From: Takakia lepidozioides
Lineage: Eukaryota > Plantae > Bryophyta
NCBI GenBank assembly: GCA_030704615.1
Contig: CM060732.1
Span: 79,732,001 to 79,796,000, forward strand
DNA length: 64,000 nucleotides
Reading direction: 5' to 3'
Shown here: piece by piece, positions 9,901 to 23,216 of the stretch
Layout of the letters: every line of letters starts with the position of its first letter
Position numbering within the stretch: the stretch's first letter is position 1
Translations under genes and position numbers: made by a program
Notes under the pieces: model-generated
The model's database searches: none
What the model was told of the DNA's origin: nothing
Seen by the model: only the letters and a program-made list of their open reading frames with translations

Positions 9901-11988
9901 TGTCAAGTTATTTCACCACTAGTGTGAAACTAGCTAGGAAATAGCTAGCTTTTACATGTTGACATTTGGGATTGGCCCAAGTGCCAATCCAGGGGTCAAG
10001 GCAGATTTAGGCCCCGGAGTGGTTATCTTCACGGCAAGCGCGGGAGGCTCATCTTTCTCGAGTTGAGCCTCACCGCGTCTAGCTATGGCGCCATAGTGTG
10101 GATTCCCCATGGCGTGGGGTGCACTTGGCTTGACTTGTATTTGAGTGATGAGTTTATATATACATGAGTTTATGCTTCAGCTTTGTGAGTTCGCATGACC
10201 TTGTGCTTGTATTCTTCTTGTTTATCACGGGTTTGTCACTCGAGAAAGATGAGCTCGTATCTGTGAGTGCCAGATATGAGTTAGTTGTAGCACTTGTGGT
10301 TTTTGTTTGAGAATGAGAGAAACTTTCAGCCCATTGAAGGCTTGTACTTTTAGGTTTGGGAGTGCAAGAAAAGAAGGAAGGGGCTAGTTTCCCTGTAGGG
10401 CATGTGTGGAGCATGCTTTCAGCCCGCTGAAGCTTGTATTTTCAGATTTGTGGGTGCAAGTAAGGAAGCAAAGGAGCTGATTTCTCTTATGTGGGAGTAG
10501 TGCATGTGTGGAGCATGCATTCAGCCTAGTTAGGCCTCCATCTTTAAGCTTTGGAGAGCTAGAAGGGAAGGTAATGGGCTGATCTGCTCTTATGTGACAG
10601 TCCGGCACTTGTAGAGCGTGTTTTGAGTTGGGGTTTCAACTACAAGCCTAGATAGAGCATGGCTCTTGAAGCGGCAGGTGTAGGGGGCTGGAATAGGCTC
10701 TAAGACACGTGCTATGGCCAAGGAGAGCGCATGAATAAGTGCTCACAAGGGCTAGAAACCAGCAAGGCTCGGTTGTTTGCCATTGAGTTGAGTGGCGGGG
10801 TTTTTGGAGTCTAAGTGAGAAAGAGAGCTTGGTTTGTGGCAAGCATCTTCCTCATGACTTAGAGCTTTTGTTGGTGGTGTATGGGAGTTGAAAAGAGCAA
10901 GAAGACATTGCAGATTTCTTCACAGCTACCATAGCTCGTTGCAAGAGAGCTCAAGGTTCAAGAGACACAAACCCTAGCTTGGTGTGGCTGAACTCCCTTG
11001 GAGAAATGGCTAAACTGCCATGAGCGGACATGGATGGGGCTGTGATGGGCTGTGACAGGCTGTGGCCTTTAGGGCTATGACGGGCTGTGGCCTATGGGCC
11101 TGTGACAAGATGTGATTGGCTGTGACCTGTGGCCTGTGGGGCTGTGGTGGGCTGTGACAGGCTGTGGCCTATGGGGCTATGACGGACTGTGGGGCTGTGA
11201 TGGGCTGTGATGGATGTGACCTGTGGGGCTGTGACCGGTTGTGGCCTGTGGGGCTGTGATGGGCTGTGTCATGTGGCCTGTGTGGGGCTGTGAGGGCTTG
11301 ACATGTAATCTGTATGGGCCTGTGCTGGTCTGTGGTGGCCCGTGTTGACCTTTGGACGGCCTGGGCTGACCCGTGGAAGCATTGATGGACTGCCTGAGAA
11401 CTAGTATGTGGTCTTGAAGGCCAAATTTCGAAGCTCATGGAGGGCGGTTTGAGGAGTATCTTCATGATATTCCCATGGTCATACAAGTGAGGGAAGAGAG
11501 GAGAGGAAGAGTGTTGGGATGAGGGCATGTTGGGGTTAGGCATTGCTTTAGCTTCTCTTCCTCGTAGTTTTTCACCCTCTCATTAGGCCAAGACCTTTCC
11601 GTAGGTGGAGGCAAGAGTCAGTCCGGGTTTGGGCTGGGGTGTCCTTACAGGAGCGACACCGTGGAGTTGTTTTTGGTGTGGAAGAGTTGTCGTTCTGATT
11701 TCTTGAATCCCCTCCACACCTGCATGCTTGACTGTGCGCCACGTTAGTTTTGTGTGGACGCTTGTTTTTATAGGTGATTGGTCCGGATTTGATCGCCGGT
11801 CAGTCCTAGAGCGTGATGTCGATGGTGAGGCTGGGGTGATGACCAGTCAGACCATCATTAATTCTCATGTGGTGAGGTTGGAGGTGATGACCAGCCAACC
11901 ATATGAGTGCTTGCGGGGGATGTAGGTGCAGGTGCAGGCTATGTTAGGAACTTAGTATTCCAAACCATAATCCGCAACAAGCTCTCTA
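9901..11988 (+). mobile_element. 5' part of another SDR retroelement (A1 plus long 5' leader), truncated
   Basis: Starts TGTCAAGTTATTT, and its A repeat matches 13664-13990 in reverse complement. The leader ends in gtgcaggct...agtattccaaaccataa, as at ~6360-6400. Confidence 0.85.
11035..11345 (+). repeat. Degenerate GGGCTGTGA/GGCCTGTG minisatellite in the retroelement leader
   Basis: Many tandem 8-10 bp units; a related ccgtgg/ccgtga-rich tract occurs at ~5915-6150 in copy 1. Confidence 0.85.
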
Positions 11989-12003
11989 ATTTCTGCTTTG
12001 TAG

Positions 12004-13024
12004 GCTGCTTGGAGTTCGAACCAAAGGCACAGAAAAGCAAAGCAGGGTGGGCAGTTGCAGGGTTGGGTGGATCAAAAGCTGCACATGTTGAGTCCATTGG
12101 AAGTCCATGGAAAAAAAAAATTGAATCTATTGCTTTCAGTTTATTTAAAAAAAAATAGATAGTAGTATATATAACATTTTTTAGTAAATATTCCCTCCTC
12201 AAAGATTGAAAACATTCTTTACTAGATATTTTAATCTTTAATTTGAAAAAACATTTAGATATCAAAATCTAGAATTTACAACCACTTGTCCATATACCAC
12301 CTAGCACCTCTAGATTATAGGTTTGTATGCCTTTTTAGTAAAAGAAGACACTTCAAAAATCCAAAACATAAGATGTTATGGACTAGAGCAAATCAACTTG
12401 TTTGTAGGTGCAAAATAGTCCATAGCTCTCAATTCCTAAGATAATTAGTCCACATAAAAGTGAATTTGGGTTGGATTTAAAAATGGCACCCTCAGTGTGT
12501 TTTCCTTTGTGTCATTGTATGAGTACACATGATATTTTTTCAGTCCATAAGATTTTATGTGTAACATCTGCAGTCCACAGTAATCAACTTTTATGGCTCT
12601 CTTGTATATGTTTGTTTTCGCAATCTAACAATTGGTACACATACCTATTGTAGTTAGAAACCCTACACCATATAAATTTAGATGAAATATTGAATTGTTG
12701 GACAAATATGGATAAAACCATGTAGGGAGGTCACAGTAGAAACTGCCATGTTACGCAAAAACTGAGACACCCAATCCTGCAAATACCCGGGTCTCAAAGT
12801 TGACAAAGACTGAAGTCCTCATGCTCAACATTGGTTCCATGTCGATTGGTGCGCGTGTGGTTGCGGTCAAGAATGATCTTGTCAAACTGCAATTGACCAC
12901 CCCTGTTTGCACCAGCAAAGTGGAGAAAGCGGCCCTCAGCAGACGAATTGAAAAGCACTGGCGCTTGATAGGGTGGGGCCAAATTCAGGCCGGGTTGATC
13001 ATTGATATCCCGGAGGCACTATAA
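12004..13024 (+). pseudogene. Duplicated eIF2-gamma last exon, 5'-truncated and interrupted by a MITE
   Basis: 12004-12048 and 12789-13024 are near-identical to 63-339; the 3' flank match continues to 13288. Confidence 0.9.
12049..12788. mobile_element. 740-bp non-autonomous DNA transposon (MITE) with 21-bp imperfect TIRs and a 4-bp TSD (Sola-like)
   Basis: Left end GGGCAGTTGCAGGGTTGGGTG; right end in reverse complement GGGTATTTGCAGGATTGGGTG. GGGT is duplicated relative to the empty site at 104-107. Confidence 0.88.
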
Positions 13025-13288
13025 AAAACATGGTTGTGAGTGAAGTACACCCGTCAAGAAAAAGCCCTGCTCTCTCAAAAAGGAGCCAGTCACAAAGAGC
13101 AAGACGCTTTGTCCAAAGCTTCTCTAGAGATCTAGCAACAATGTGGATAGGGAGGGAGTCGATGGGAACAATTTTTGTAAGGTGGCGAAGAAAACCTTGT
13201 GTGAGGATCACTGGATATTTCTCTAGTACTGTTGGACTGGTAGAGGCCTGCTTTTATACCAGGCGTCGGGCTTTGCCGACACCAAATT

Positions 13289-13474
13289 TGTTCTAAAATA
13301 CTAGCACTCAAACATTAGTGTAGAGTGAGTATGATTACTCAATTTTATGTATGTAAGAATGAGAGAGAAGAAGACAAGACAATGTCTCTTCAACAACTCA
13401 ACAGTCATACCCTAAAAGGTTGTACTCTTCATATAGATGTGTCCATTCTATATGGATGTTAACTTACATAATCT
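13289..13474 (-). mobile_element. Second copy of the short LTR, cut by an SDR retroelement insertion
   Basis: Matches 1233-1418 and stops at ataatct, where TGTCGTGCGC begins. Confidence 0.85.
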
Positions 13475-16239
13475 TGTCGTGCGCATACATATCGCTACAC
13501 AACTATATTGTTGTCCAAAGCCAAACAACATGTGTGCACACCACACACTAGTATACCACTAATCCACCACTAGTCCAACCACTAGTCTAACCACTAGGCT
13601 ACAACTAGTCAGTCACTAGGCTGCCACTATGCTGCCCACTATGGCAGTCACTAGTCCACCCAATGATAAAGAAGAATAATACAAGCACAAGCTCATGCGA
13701 GCTCACAAAGCTGAAGCATAAACTCATGCATATATAACCTCATCACTCAAATACAAGTCAAGCCAAGTGCACCCTACGCCATGGGGAATCCACACTACGG
13801 CGCCATAGCTAGGCGCGGTGAGGCTCAACTCGAGAAAGATGAGCCTCCCGCGCTTGCCGTGAAGATAACCACTCCAGGGCCTAAATCTGCCTTGACCCCT
13901 GGATTGACACTTGGGCCAATCCCAAATGTCAATATATAAAAGCTAGCTATTTCCTAGCTAGTTTCACACTAGTGGTAAAATAACTTGACAGCTGTTGTGC
14001 GCATACATATCGCTACACAACTATATCGCTGTCCAAAACCACACAACACATATGCATACCACACACTAGTATACCACTAGTCCACCACTACTCCAACCAC
14101 TACTCCAACCACTAGGCTACAACTAGTCAGTCACTAGGCTGCCACTATGCTGCCCACTATGGCAGTCACTAGTCCACACAATTGCCCTCCTAGCTGGTGC
14201 TTAGGTCCCTTTAAGTCCAGGTAGCCACAAGATGTGATAGTGACCATAGCCTCACTAAGTCCTCCACCATTGTCCCTACTACACTCAAACTCAATAGATC
14301 AAGAGGCCGGGTGCAAGAGTTGCCCCATCGTTAGTCGCCGTCTTGCAACCTGTGAACTTGAGCCTGGGATCTCATGTATTGACTCCTATGAGCTTGGCCT
14401 CCCATGTCTTGTTAGCTGCCTCTAGTCATGTCCACTGCACTATCCCAAGCAGTATGGACATAACCAATCTCCATCAGGAACCTTCTCAAGAGGTGGTGTC
14501 AAGCATCCCATATGCCAACCTCTTGAGCATCGATCACACACCAGCATGGTGGCTGCTCCTTTGGTAGACCCACAAAGCATGCACCTCAAACCTGCAGGTA
14601 CCACTGCCAAGTTTGGGTCAACTCTGCCATCGACATTGGGAAGGTGACATGGCGCACAATTACACACATGGTCTTTCCAAGTTATGCCATCCCGACCCTC
14701 CAAGATCATGACTCCTGAGGGCAATACCTCTGGAACCCTCAGAATAACACGCCCTGCAGTGACATCCAGGGTCGTAGGAGCAGTCTGCTGCAAATAAACA
14801 TAGTCACTAGGGCTAAACCTCTGAACCCCAGGACGATATCCTCCACCACGTATAGTGGCATACCTCAACGTATCACGGTGCTATGCAATGGCAAGGTTCT
14901 CAAAAGCCATGGGCATGACTTTCTTGAACAACTCTGTACGCTGATCACATGCACGTACCCACACGTCCGGATCGTCAAGGTTAAGGACTCGAGTAGTGTT
15001 CCTACGAATGGCTGCAGGAAATTCCAGCTCTCGGCCAAAGAGAAGGAAATATGGTGAGAAAGAGGCAAGTGATGCTTGTTTGCAGAACCTGTAGCCCGTG
15101 GCTAACCAAGACACCTGAAGATCCCAATCTCCTAGTGTCTCTTCTGCAAGCCATACTTGCTCAAACCCCTCTTCACCGTCTGAACAACTCTCTCTGCCAA
15201 GCCATCGGCCTCAAGATGATCCCGAGAAGTGGTGCGGTGGTCTATCAAGGCTTTATCACACAAAACCTAAAACTCCCCCAAGAACTCTCTCCCTTGGTCC
15301 GTGAGTACCTCAGTTGGAGCACCAAATCGGCTAAGCACACGATCCAAGAATGCATACGCAGCCCCCTCACTAGCCTTGTCAGGCAATGGAACCAACTCAA
15401 TCCACTTGGAGAAGTGCTCCACCATCACCAACACATATCTGTGGTGGCGCATAGTTAGTGGCAACGGTCCTGCGAAGTCAAGACTCCACCTGTAGCCCAA
15501 TCCCATGATTGGTAAAGGATGCAACCATGGTGTAGGGGCGTTGAATGAAGCACGCACCCTGTCACACACCATGCACCTAGCCACAAACTGTTGCACCTCT
15601 ATATGCATACCACGCCACCAATACTGCCCCTACAGTAAACTGTGAGTGCGTCGCACTCCAAAATGCCCCAACTCCTCATAGACATGCCACACCAAATGTG
15701 CACGCTGTCTGGGGTGAGGCACAATCCTCACCCGACCATTCTCCCATACTCGGAGCAAGTGTATCCCCTCCCACTTGAACCTCTTGGCTCGTTGTAGGAT
15801 CCGATCCCTCTCCTTGGCAGTCACAGTGGTTGTCGTGTCTCCAGTATGGAGATAGTCCAACACAGCCGAATCCTCATGTATATCTCTAGTACCACCTGGC
15901 TCATCACTAGCCTCAGGGTCCTCAGACACTCCGTCTACAGTCATCCCTGTTGTAGGTCCAACTTCACCTCCCGATGCCAAGATACACAAAAAGACAGATG
16001 CATGCCATCCCGACACTATCTCCTCGTCTGTCTCACCATGCCACCGAGCTCCAGTGTCATCCTGTTGGCTCGTGCATGGATTGCGACTCAATCCATCCGC
16101 ATCCTGATTGACCAAACCCGGTCGATGCACCACCTGAAAGTCATACTCTTGGAGTATGAATGCCCACCGTGCAAGCTTCCCCGTAAGCTTGTCTGACTCC
16201 ATCAACCACTTGAGTGGCTGGTGATCCGTGACAAGGGTG
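13475..16239 (-). mobile_element. 3' part of SDR retroelement copy 2: RNase H end, DDE integrase, PHD, then B1 (13993-~14182), GC, A2 (~13664-13990), B2 (13475-~13663)
   Basis: ORFs 15630-16205 (KLARWAFILQEYDF, HVYEELGHFG), 15267-15608 (CMVC, WSLDFAGPLP, LTDQGREF) and 14440-14868 (PHD). Plus-strand junction TTGACA-GC-TGTTG at 13985-13997. Confidence 0.9.
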
Positions 16240-17199
16240 CATGCATCATCTGGTCAACTCCAGTACTTCGATTTAAAGAAATAAATTTTTTCTTCTCTAT
16301 ATGGCCTTTCTTGTTTACGTTGGGGGATCATTTTTGCAATCTTCTTATGTCGCACTGAACCTTGAATGTCCAATGGACGTTCTCGTCCTTTGTTTCTGGT
16401 TTGCTGGATTCTGCCCTGTTGTACGTCCTGGTCAACAAATAATACCCTGTGGGGGAGTTTCGCCTACATAACATATAGATCACAAGAACAAAATGGGCGG
16501 GCACGACCACTGGAGTCTTCAAATTCGGTCAAAGAGGATTTTAACAACGGAAGAAAATAGCCTATTTCCAGTCCTTCTCTTAAACATTGGACTTGCTTTT
16601 CGCATAACCAATTCTCCCACTGAAGTCTCCCACTAGGAGGAGCCTTACTCAATCGTTATTGACATACTTTTCAATTTGTCAATCCTGAAGTTTTTTCTCT
16701 GAGGTTTTCCTCCATTTTCCCTCTAAGCTCTACGACTTTTCTGCACCAAATTTTCATTTCATTTCATTTTCATACTTCTCATCTTTGGCCCTGGTTTAAG
16801 AGGGAATTTCACATGTCCTTTTCCGTTGTTCAAATTTTAAGCAATTTTTATTTCTCATAGTTTTTATTTGGTGGTCTGACTTTTTATCCTCTCTTATGTT
16901 TTCTTCATATCCATTTTCTCCCATGAGATCCAGGCGCTTCCCAAAAGTCGTTATATAACGTCATTTTCTTTCCAAATCTCATAGTGTGTACTTTCATTTT
17001 TATTTATTTTTTTGGCAATTTAGGATTTTGGATTAACATACCTTTTTTATAGTACCTTGTTTTTTTTGTTAGCATTACCCCTAACCCTTACCCTTTTCTG
17101 CAAATGGCCCATGAACTATTCATACCATAACCATAGCCATAACCATAACCATAGCCATAACCATAACCATTATGGTTATTGAAATGTCTTCTCTCTTCA

Positions 17200-18670
17200 C
17201 ATTTGCGCTAGCTTTTTCCTTTGTTTTGGATTGACATGCATTTAGGCATGTTATAGTTTGTTTTCTATGTTACATCTTAATACTAGGTCCAGGTTCCAAC
17301 GACGAGTCTTTCATTTAAATACTTGTCCATAATATTAGGTTCTTCATTTTTTTTTGCTTACTAGTACCCTACTAACAACACTAAGTTCTAGCGAAGTCTG
17401 GAGTTTTCTATCAAAACCCTTTCCCTTCCTTTTGCAAATGGGAATCAACTATCCATACCATAACCATAACCATTTTAGTTATCCAAATCTCTTCAATGTA
17501 ACCAAATTTCCATTTTGTACCATACTAACACACACTAAGTTGTAGCAAGTGCGAGTCTTCCGGCATGTATGCTCACCATTTCTGCCTTCAACCCAAGCCC
17601 TAAACCCTCGTCGAAAACCCTAAGGAAAACCTTACGCCATTGTTACGTCTAAACCCTTACCTTTCCCCTGCAACTGGGAATGAAGTATCCATACCATAAC
17701 CATAACTATTTATGGTTATTCAAATCTCTTCGTCTTTCACCTTGCGCAAGGTTTTGCCTTTGGTTTGGATTGACATGCACTTACCTTTTTTATCGAACTT
17801 TGCTTTCTATGTATCTTAATACCAGGTTCCAAGGACGAGTCTTTCATTTAAATACTTGTCCGATGCAATGACTACACTTCCATAATATTAGGTTCTTCAT
17901 TTTTATTTTGCTTAGTACTACCTTACTAACAACACTAAGTTGTAGCGAGTGCGAGTCTTCCGGCATGTATGCTCACCATTTCTGCCTTCAACCCAAACCC
18001 TTAACCCTCGTCAGGAACCCTAAACAAAACCCTACGCCATTGTTACATCTAAACCCTTACCCTTCCCCTGCAAATGGGAATGAAGTATCCATACCATAAC
18101 CATATGTATCTTAATACCAAGTTCCAAGGACGAATCCTCAATCTAAATACTTCTCCGGCCCAATGACTTTTCCATAATATTTTGTTTCTCCATTTTTTTT
18201 AATTTTTTTTATCCTACTAACACACACCAAGTTCTAGCGACTGTGAGTCTTCCATATTTGTTTGTCCAATAGTGTTCTTAAACCCAAACCGAAAACCCTA
18301 CCTTTACCATCACCCCTAAATCATTAATCTTACCATAAACCATTATCTTTAGTGTACTACCCTAGTTACACTCCAAACCTTATTGTACTACCATGTTACC
18401 TCTTCTCAATGTTTCATGCTCTTTTAATATTTTCTTGTGTTGGATAAGGTATGATAGAATGATTACAGGGATATCAAATTCCTCAACCATTTCTTAATTC
18501 TACCGAGTGTGAGTCCATCATATTTGTTTGTCTTTTTGTACCCTAAATCCAAACCCTAAACCCTTACCCTTACTGTAAACCCAAACCTTATTAGACTTCT
18601 CTCTAGTTACACCCCAAACCTTATTGTACTACCCTAGTACCTCTTCCGAATGTTTCATGCTATTCTAATA
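17200..18670. repeat. Degenerate tandem repeats (~300-400 bp units) containing telomere-like (T)AAACCC motifs and CCATAA runs
   Basis: For example ~17525-17900 recurs at ~17925-18180, with aaaccct motifs throughout. Confidence 0.7.
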
Positions 18671-19104
18671 TTTTACTGCCTTGTCAGATCCAAAACATGA
18701 TTCATTCCAATGGCATGGTATGTGAACATTGTGCTTCATATGAAGATTCAATAAATAAAATTACTAGCAAGTTGTATCGAGTATGGTAGAGTACAAGTTT
18801 GGCCCATGTTCGATGCGACCCATTTGTTTATCATGATCCTGCAATGAAATTTTACTTTATTCGACTTCCAAGTGGACGTTCAATGAATTGTTCAATACTG
18901 CTACTTCACATTGAGCACTTCAATGTCAAATGGACCTCTTATATGACACATTTTGAAACAAGTATGACATCACCTAAAATTTCACAAAGTTCAATCACAC
19001 ATTACACCATGATATTATTAATATTTCAATTAATTTTAATACGAATATATATTAAGTTTAGTCCAGATTTAAGCCAAAAATCCAGAATTAAAATAGTGTT
19101 TTTA

Positions 19105-19790
19105 TCACCCGAGAAAGATTAGCTCGTATCTATGAGTGCTAGATACGAGTTAGTTGTTAGCATTTGTGTGTTTTCAGATGAGAAGCAACTCAACTTAGAG
19201 TGCAGGGATCAGTGCATGAACCTATCCAAAGTGGATAGGATGCGATGGCGAACAGGTTTCAGGTTTGCAATGGATATAGAGGCGGCAGCCTGTGTTGAAG
19301 AGCAGTGTTGCATAGCTCAACGTTATGGCAGCCAAGTGTGGTGAGTGTGGAGCTGCGAGGGTGTTTGATGCCAGTCACAGTTATCGGGAGCTCCAACTTC
19401 AAGCTCATAAGGAGGTATGAGTGGAGAGATGGCTGATTTCTCTTGTATGCAAGCCAATATTGCATTTGTGGCTATGTTGAGTTGGGGGTGTCAATCTGAA
19501 ACTCCAGCGGTATGAGGGCTCTTGCCATGGCAAGAGCAGGGCTGGAACAGGAGCTAAGAGGTGCGGCAAGGCCATGGAATGTGCACCTAGGGTTTCAGAG
19601 CTTGGAAGAAAAGCTCTTGCACCACAAGAGGAGTGTCTTGTGGCTGGAAATGTAAACCTTAGGGTTTGAGGAGCTTGGCAAATGTTGTGGAGTGCTTAGT
19701 CTTGTCTTAGAGAGCATCAAGGAACCAAAGAGCCAAGATAGGGGGCTGATATTACCTCTTGTGTGAAGGGGATGCATGTGTTAAGCATGC
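19105..19790 (+). mobile_element. Internal leader fragment of an SDR retroelement
   Basis: Similar to 4955-5190 and 5395-5620, and to 10238-10320. Confidence 0.7.
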
Positions 19791-22700
19791 ATTCAGTGAT
19801 ATTACCTCTTGTGTGAGTCCTTGGTCTGGAACTCGCTCGCACGACTCGCTTTCTGACTGATGATTAGCCTCCTCCAAATTAGCGCGCGCCTTCACTGCTT
19901 CGGCGGCAGTAATTCTCTTAGTGCTATTCCTTGTCGTATTTTCCGTGGAGGCATTGTCCACACAACATTGTTCACGTGGATCCATTGAGGAGGATCTGTC
20001 GAGTTATACTCCCAAAGTTTTGACCAACAGTCCCGGTATCTTTCGAGGTCTGTTGGGTTACCACATTTTCTCGGTCTCCACCACTCCACCTTCACCTTTT
20101 TAAAATTAAGATCCTCCCTTTCGCGGATCACATTAGATATTGCCACCCCCATCCCGACAGGGCACGTACTTGGGTCATGAGGGCAAATGAGCACAAAGAA
20201 CCCTTTCTCAATATCCTTGAACGGATTCAGGGATATTCTTGGTCACTCACACCTCGGGCCACAGTAAGGTTCTAGGATTTCATCTTCTTCTTCCACATCT
20301 GGCACTATATGTGGATGGATTCCATCTCTGTGATGATTCTTGGACCAATTTGTTTTCGGCCAGGATCCCTCAAGAACTGAATATGCTCGGGAGCTTTCGG
20401 AATTGGCTTATCCAGCTTGGCGAGAATGTTTCCCCAGTACTGGTCGTATTGTTCCATTCGACCTCTGTAATGGTCGTCAAGCATAATTCCTTTCGTTCAA
20501 AAATCCCTGTATTTTTTTATTCCATTCTTAATGAATGATTGTTTTTCGGAGGAGTCGTCCCCGACTCCCCAGATAGGTCTCCTTAGAACAGCGTCTGGGT
20601 CTCCTTCAGGGAGCTTGGGAGTCCCGTCAGGATTGGACTTCCACATCTTCACGCTATTGTTTGTTGGAAGCCAATCCGAATCAGTAGCGGACTTCTTGTA
20701 CTTCATGACGGGCCAGCCCTCGGCATCCTTAAAAAAGCGGAAGACGTGCATCTCCGAAATCCCGACCAACGCCTCCTTTCCATCCAGAATACAGCCCTTG
20801 ACAAAATTCTTGAAGTCGGGAACCTCATGAATAATTGTGGAATGAACTGCAGATCTTGCGAGGTCATAAAAGACCTCATCAAATCCGAAAGAATGTAGGT
20901 GCTTCCTTCCTTCAGCTTCTTCGAAAGGTAGCTGAAGAACCCGTCGATGTCCTCATGGGTGTGTCCGACCATTAGGAACCCTAGTTGGATTTCTTCAAAA
21001 ACATCTTTGGCGGTCAGGAGGGATAGAAAAGCAAGCATCCATCTGTTCTTATTGTCCTTCGTGGAGTTGTCCATTTGCAAGTACAGTCTTCTCGGAAGTG
21101 GACGAGCACCACGTTTGTCTTCCGGCTTGCAGGCAGAACATCCAAACATCTCGATTTACCTCTTAAAAGTAATTCAAAAAACTCGTTTTGAAGTCGGTAA
21201 TTGAAAATGTTCCTGGACTTGCGACAGGTTGGCTTCTCCAGCTAGCGCAGGCAACGGGCCAAAGAACCAATTGTAAAGTTTGGATTTCCCTTCCAGAACT
21301 CAAGAGAATATTGTCCGTAAGCTCCATCACCGTGTCCGTGCGTGACCATTCCCGTTAGTGAAACTGGAAGTTGACCCAATCCAGTTTGGAGTCTGTAGCT
21401 TTGGAACAGCTGTTTCCTATGATCCATTTTGTCGTGAATAATACTGAGAAACTCCTCCGCAATCATAACAGACTCATTCCTCCAGCTATGGTTCAGTCTT
21501 CTGCACGACTCTTGGTGCCTCAAATGTTTATCGAGAGCTCGTTTGTGTGTCACCTGTTCCGCACTTCTCTTGACAGACTTTCTGATCAAGTCCTTTAACA
21601 TCTCACACTCCGTGCACTTCGCAAATGTACTCCCAGTTTTACGAACCTCCATGTTAGGAAATATCCGACTCCGGATGCGGCTAACAGCCGACTGCGAGAC
21701 TCCTTCCAACTCGAATAGTCTCTTGGATTGTTACAATAAGGCAAGGTCAGGAAAGGAACGTCCACTGGACAGTGGAGGTTCATGAAGCTAGAACCACAGT
21801 CGAAAGAGACAAAATCGAAGGGAGGATCATCCAAATTGAATCAGAAAAGACTTCCAGGAAAGAAATTGAAGAATGAAGATTTCATACCTCGTTGGACTCG
21901 TCTCGTATTTGCTTCCAGTTCATTTCAGGTGGTAAGACTCTCAAAGTATCTCTCCTTCCCTCCCCAATGCATCTTGTCTTATGGGGCATGAGGTCAGTAT
22001 TTCCGTTGATAATAGACATAATGTTACCCTTTGCCTGAAGCGTCCTTGGGCGTGGCTTCTTCACTCCACGGTTCCCATGGAAACTTGACAACCAACCCTG
22101 TTTACTCAATTTTTTGTACTCCATGTATGTGGACCTGCCAATTCCATGAATTTTCCACCAAGCAGTCTCACAAACATCCACACCCTCAATCGTAACGTAT
22201 GCCCTGCAAGAGGTCCCTTCCAGCATATGAAGTCGTTTTGAAACATTTAGTCCGTGTTCTCTCTTCTCATCGAAAGTGGATCCCCAAAACGAAGTACGGA
22301 TAGCCAAGGTTTTTCGCCAATCGAAATATTGACAGCAGTGAAGTCTGCAGCAAGGTTTGTTGCTCACGGACCGGACTTCCTCTAGAGTAAGATTCTTCAT
22401 TCTTTTTTTGGAGTGTTCCAAATCTCGATCCCTCTTCTTCCTCGTAAAATGTCGATACGCCGCTTTCTTCAAACCTGCCTCGTGATCTTCGTACAAGATT
22501 TTGTCGGAGGATCTAATAAAATTCTCCACATCATTTGAGAGTAGTCTCCCACTTTCCAAAAATTGTGTTTTTGTTAAAGGCCATTTTACAAGAGACATCA
22601 AAGATCCAGAACCTCCAGAAAGTATTCTGGTGACAAGAACTCCAACATCGTCCTCTCCCAGTTTGTCATTGAGAATCACCTCGTCCGGAATGCAGGCTTG

Positions 22701-23216
22701 AATCCTCCCTTCGAACAGTGCACCCCCATCATCACCCAACAGTACGCATTGCAAGTTTCTCCACTTGTTTCTTCCGCGTCCTCCGCTTGGATTCCCGGAA
22801 CTCTTCGATGGTCTGTGGTTTGATTCATCCTCGTCGACATCAGAATTCTCAGCAGTATCCCTTGTCTCCGGCATAAAATCAGGATTCATGTCAGGCCCTC
22901 CTTGATACTCGTTATTCTCCGCATGAACTTCGCCAACATTCCACACCACCGGGGTCCCAATTGCCTCCTTCAAGGTGTCAGCATCCATATGTCCATAAGG
23001 AAGAGGACATAATGAGTGTGCTTCATCATAGGAGATGAGAACCACTGAAATGGTTGAGGAAGATAATTGGTGTCCATGACAGGTCCCAACACCGGAGACA
23101 TTAAGGCAGTCCCCAATGGCTACTAGAGATGAAGACATGGGAAGAGTAAGAAACACTCTTTGACCCGTCTCTAAGCTCATGATCACCGGAACCTCCACTG
23201 CACACGCGAGGTTCAA
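19780..23216 (-). pseudogene. DDE transposase of Sola-like type, frameshifted
   Basis: Cys-rich block CC-x3-CC and VCETAWWKIHGI, then KCTEC, IIHDKMD, LYLQMDNSTKDNKN and FLMVGHTHEDIDGFFS. The superfamily is assigned from motif memory only. Confidence 0.7.
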
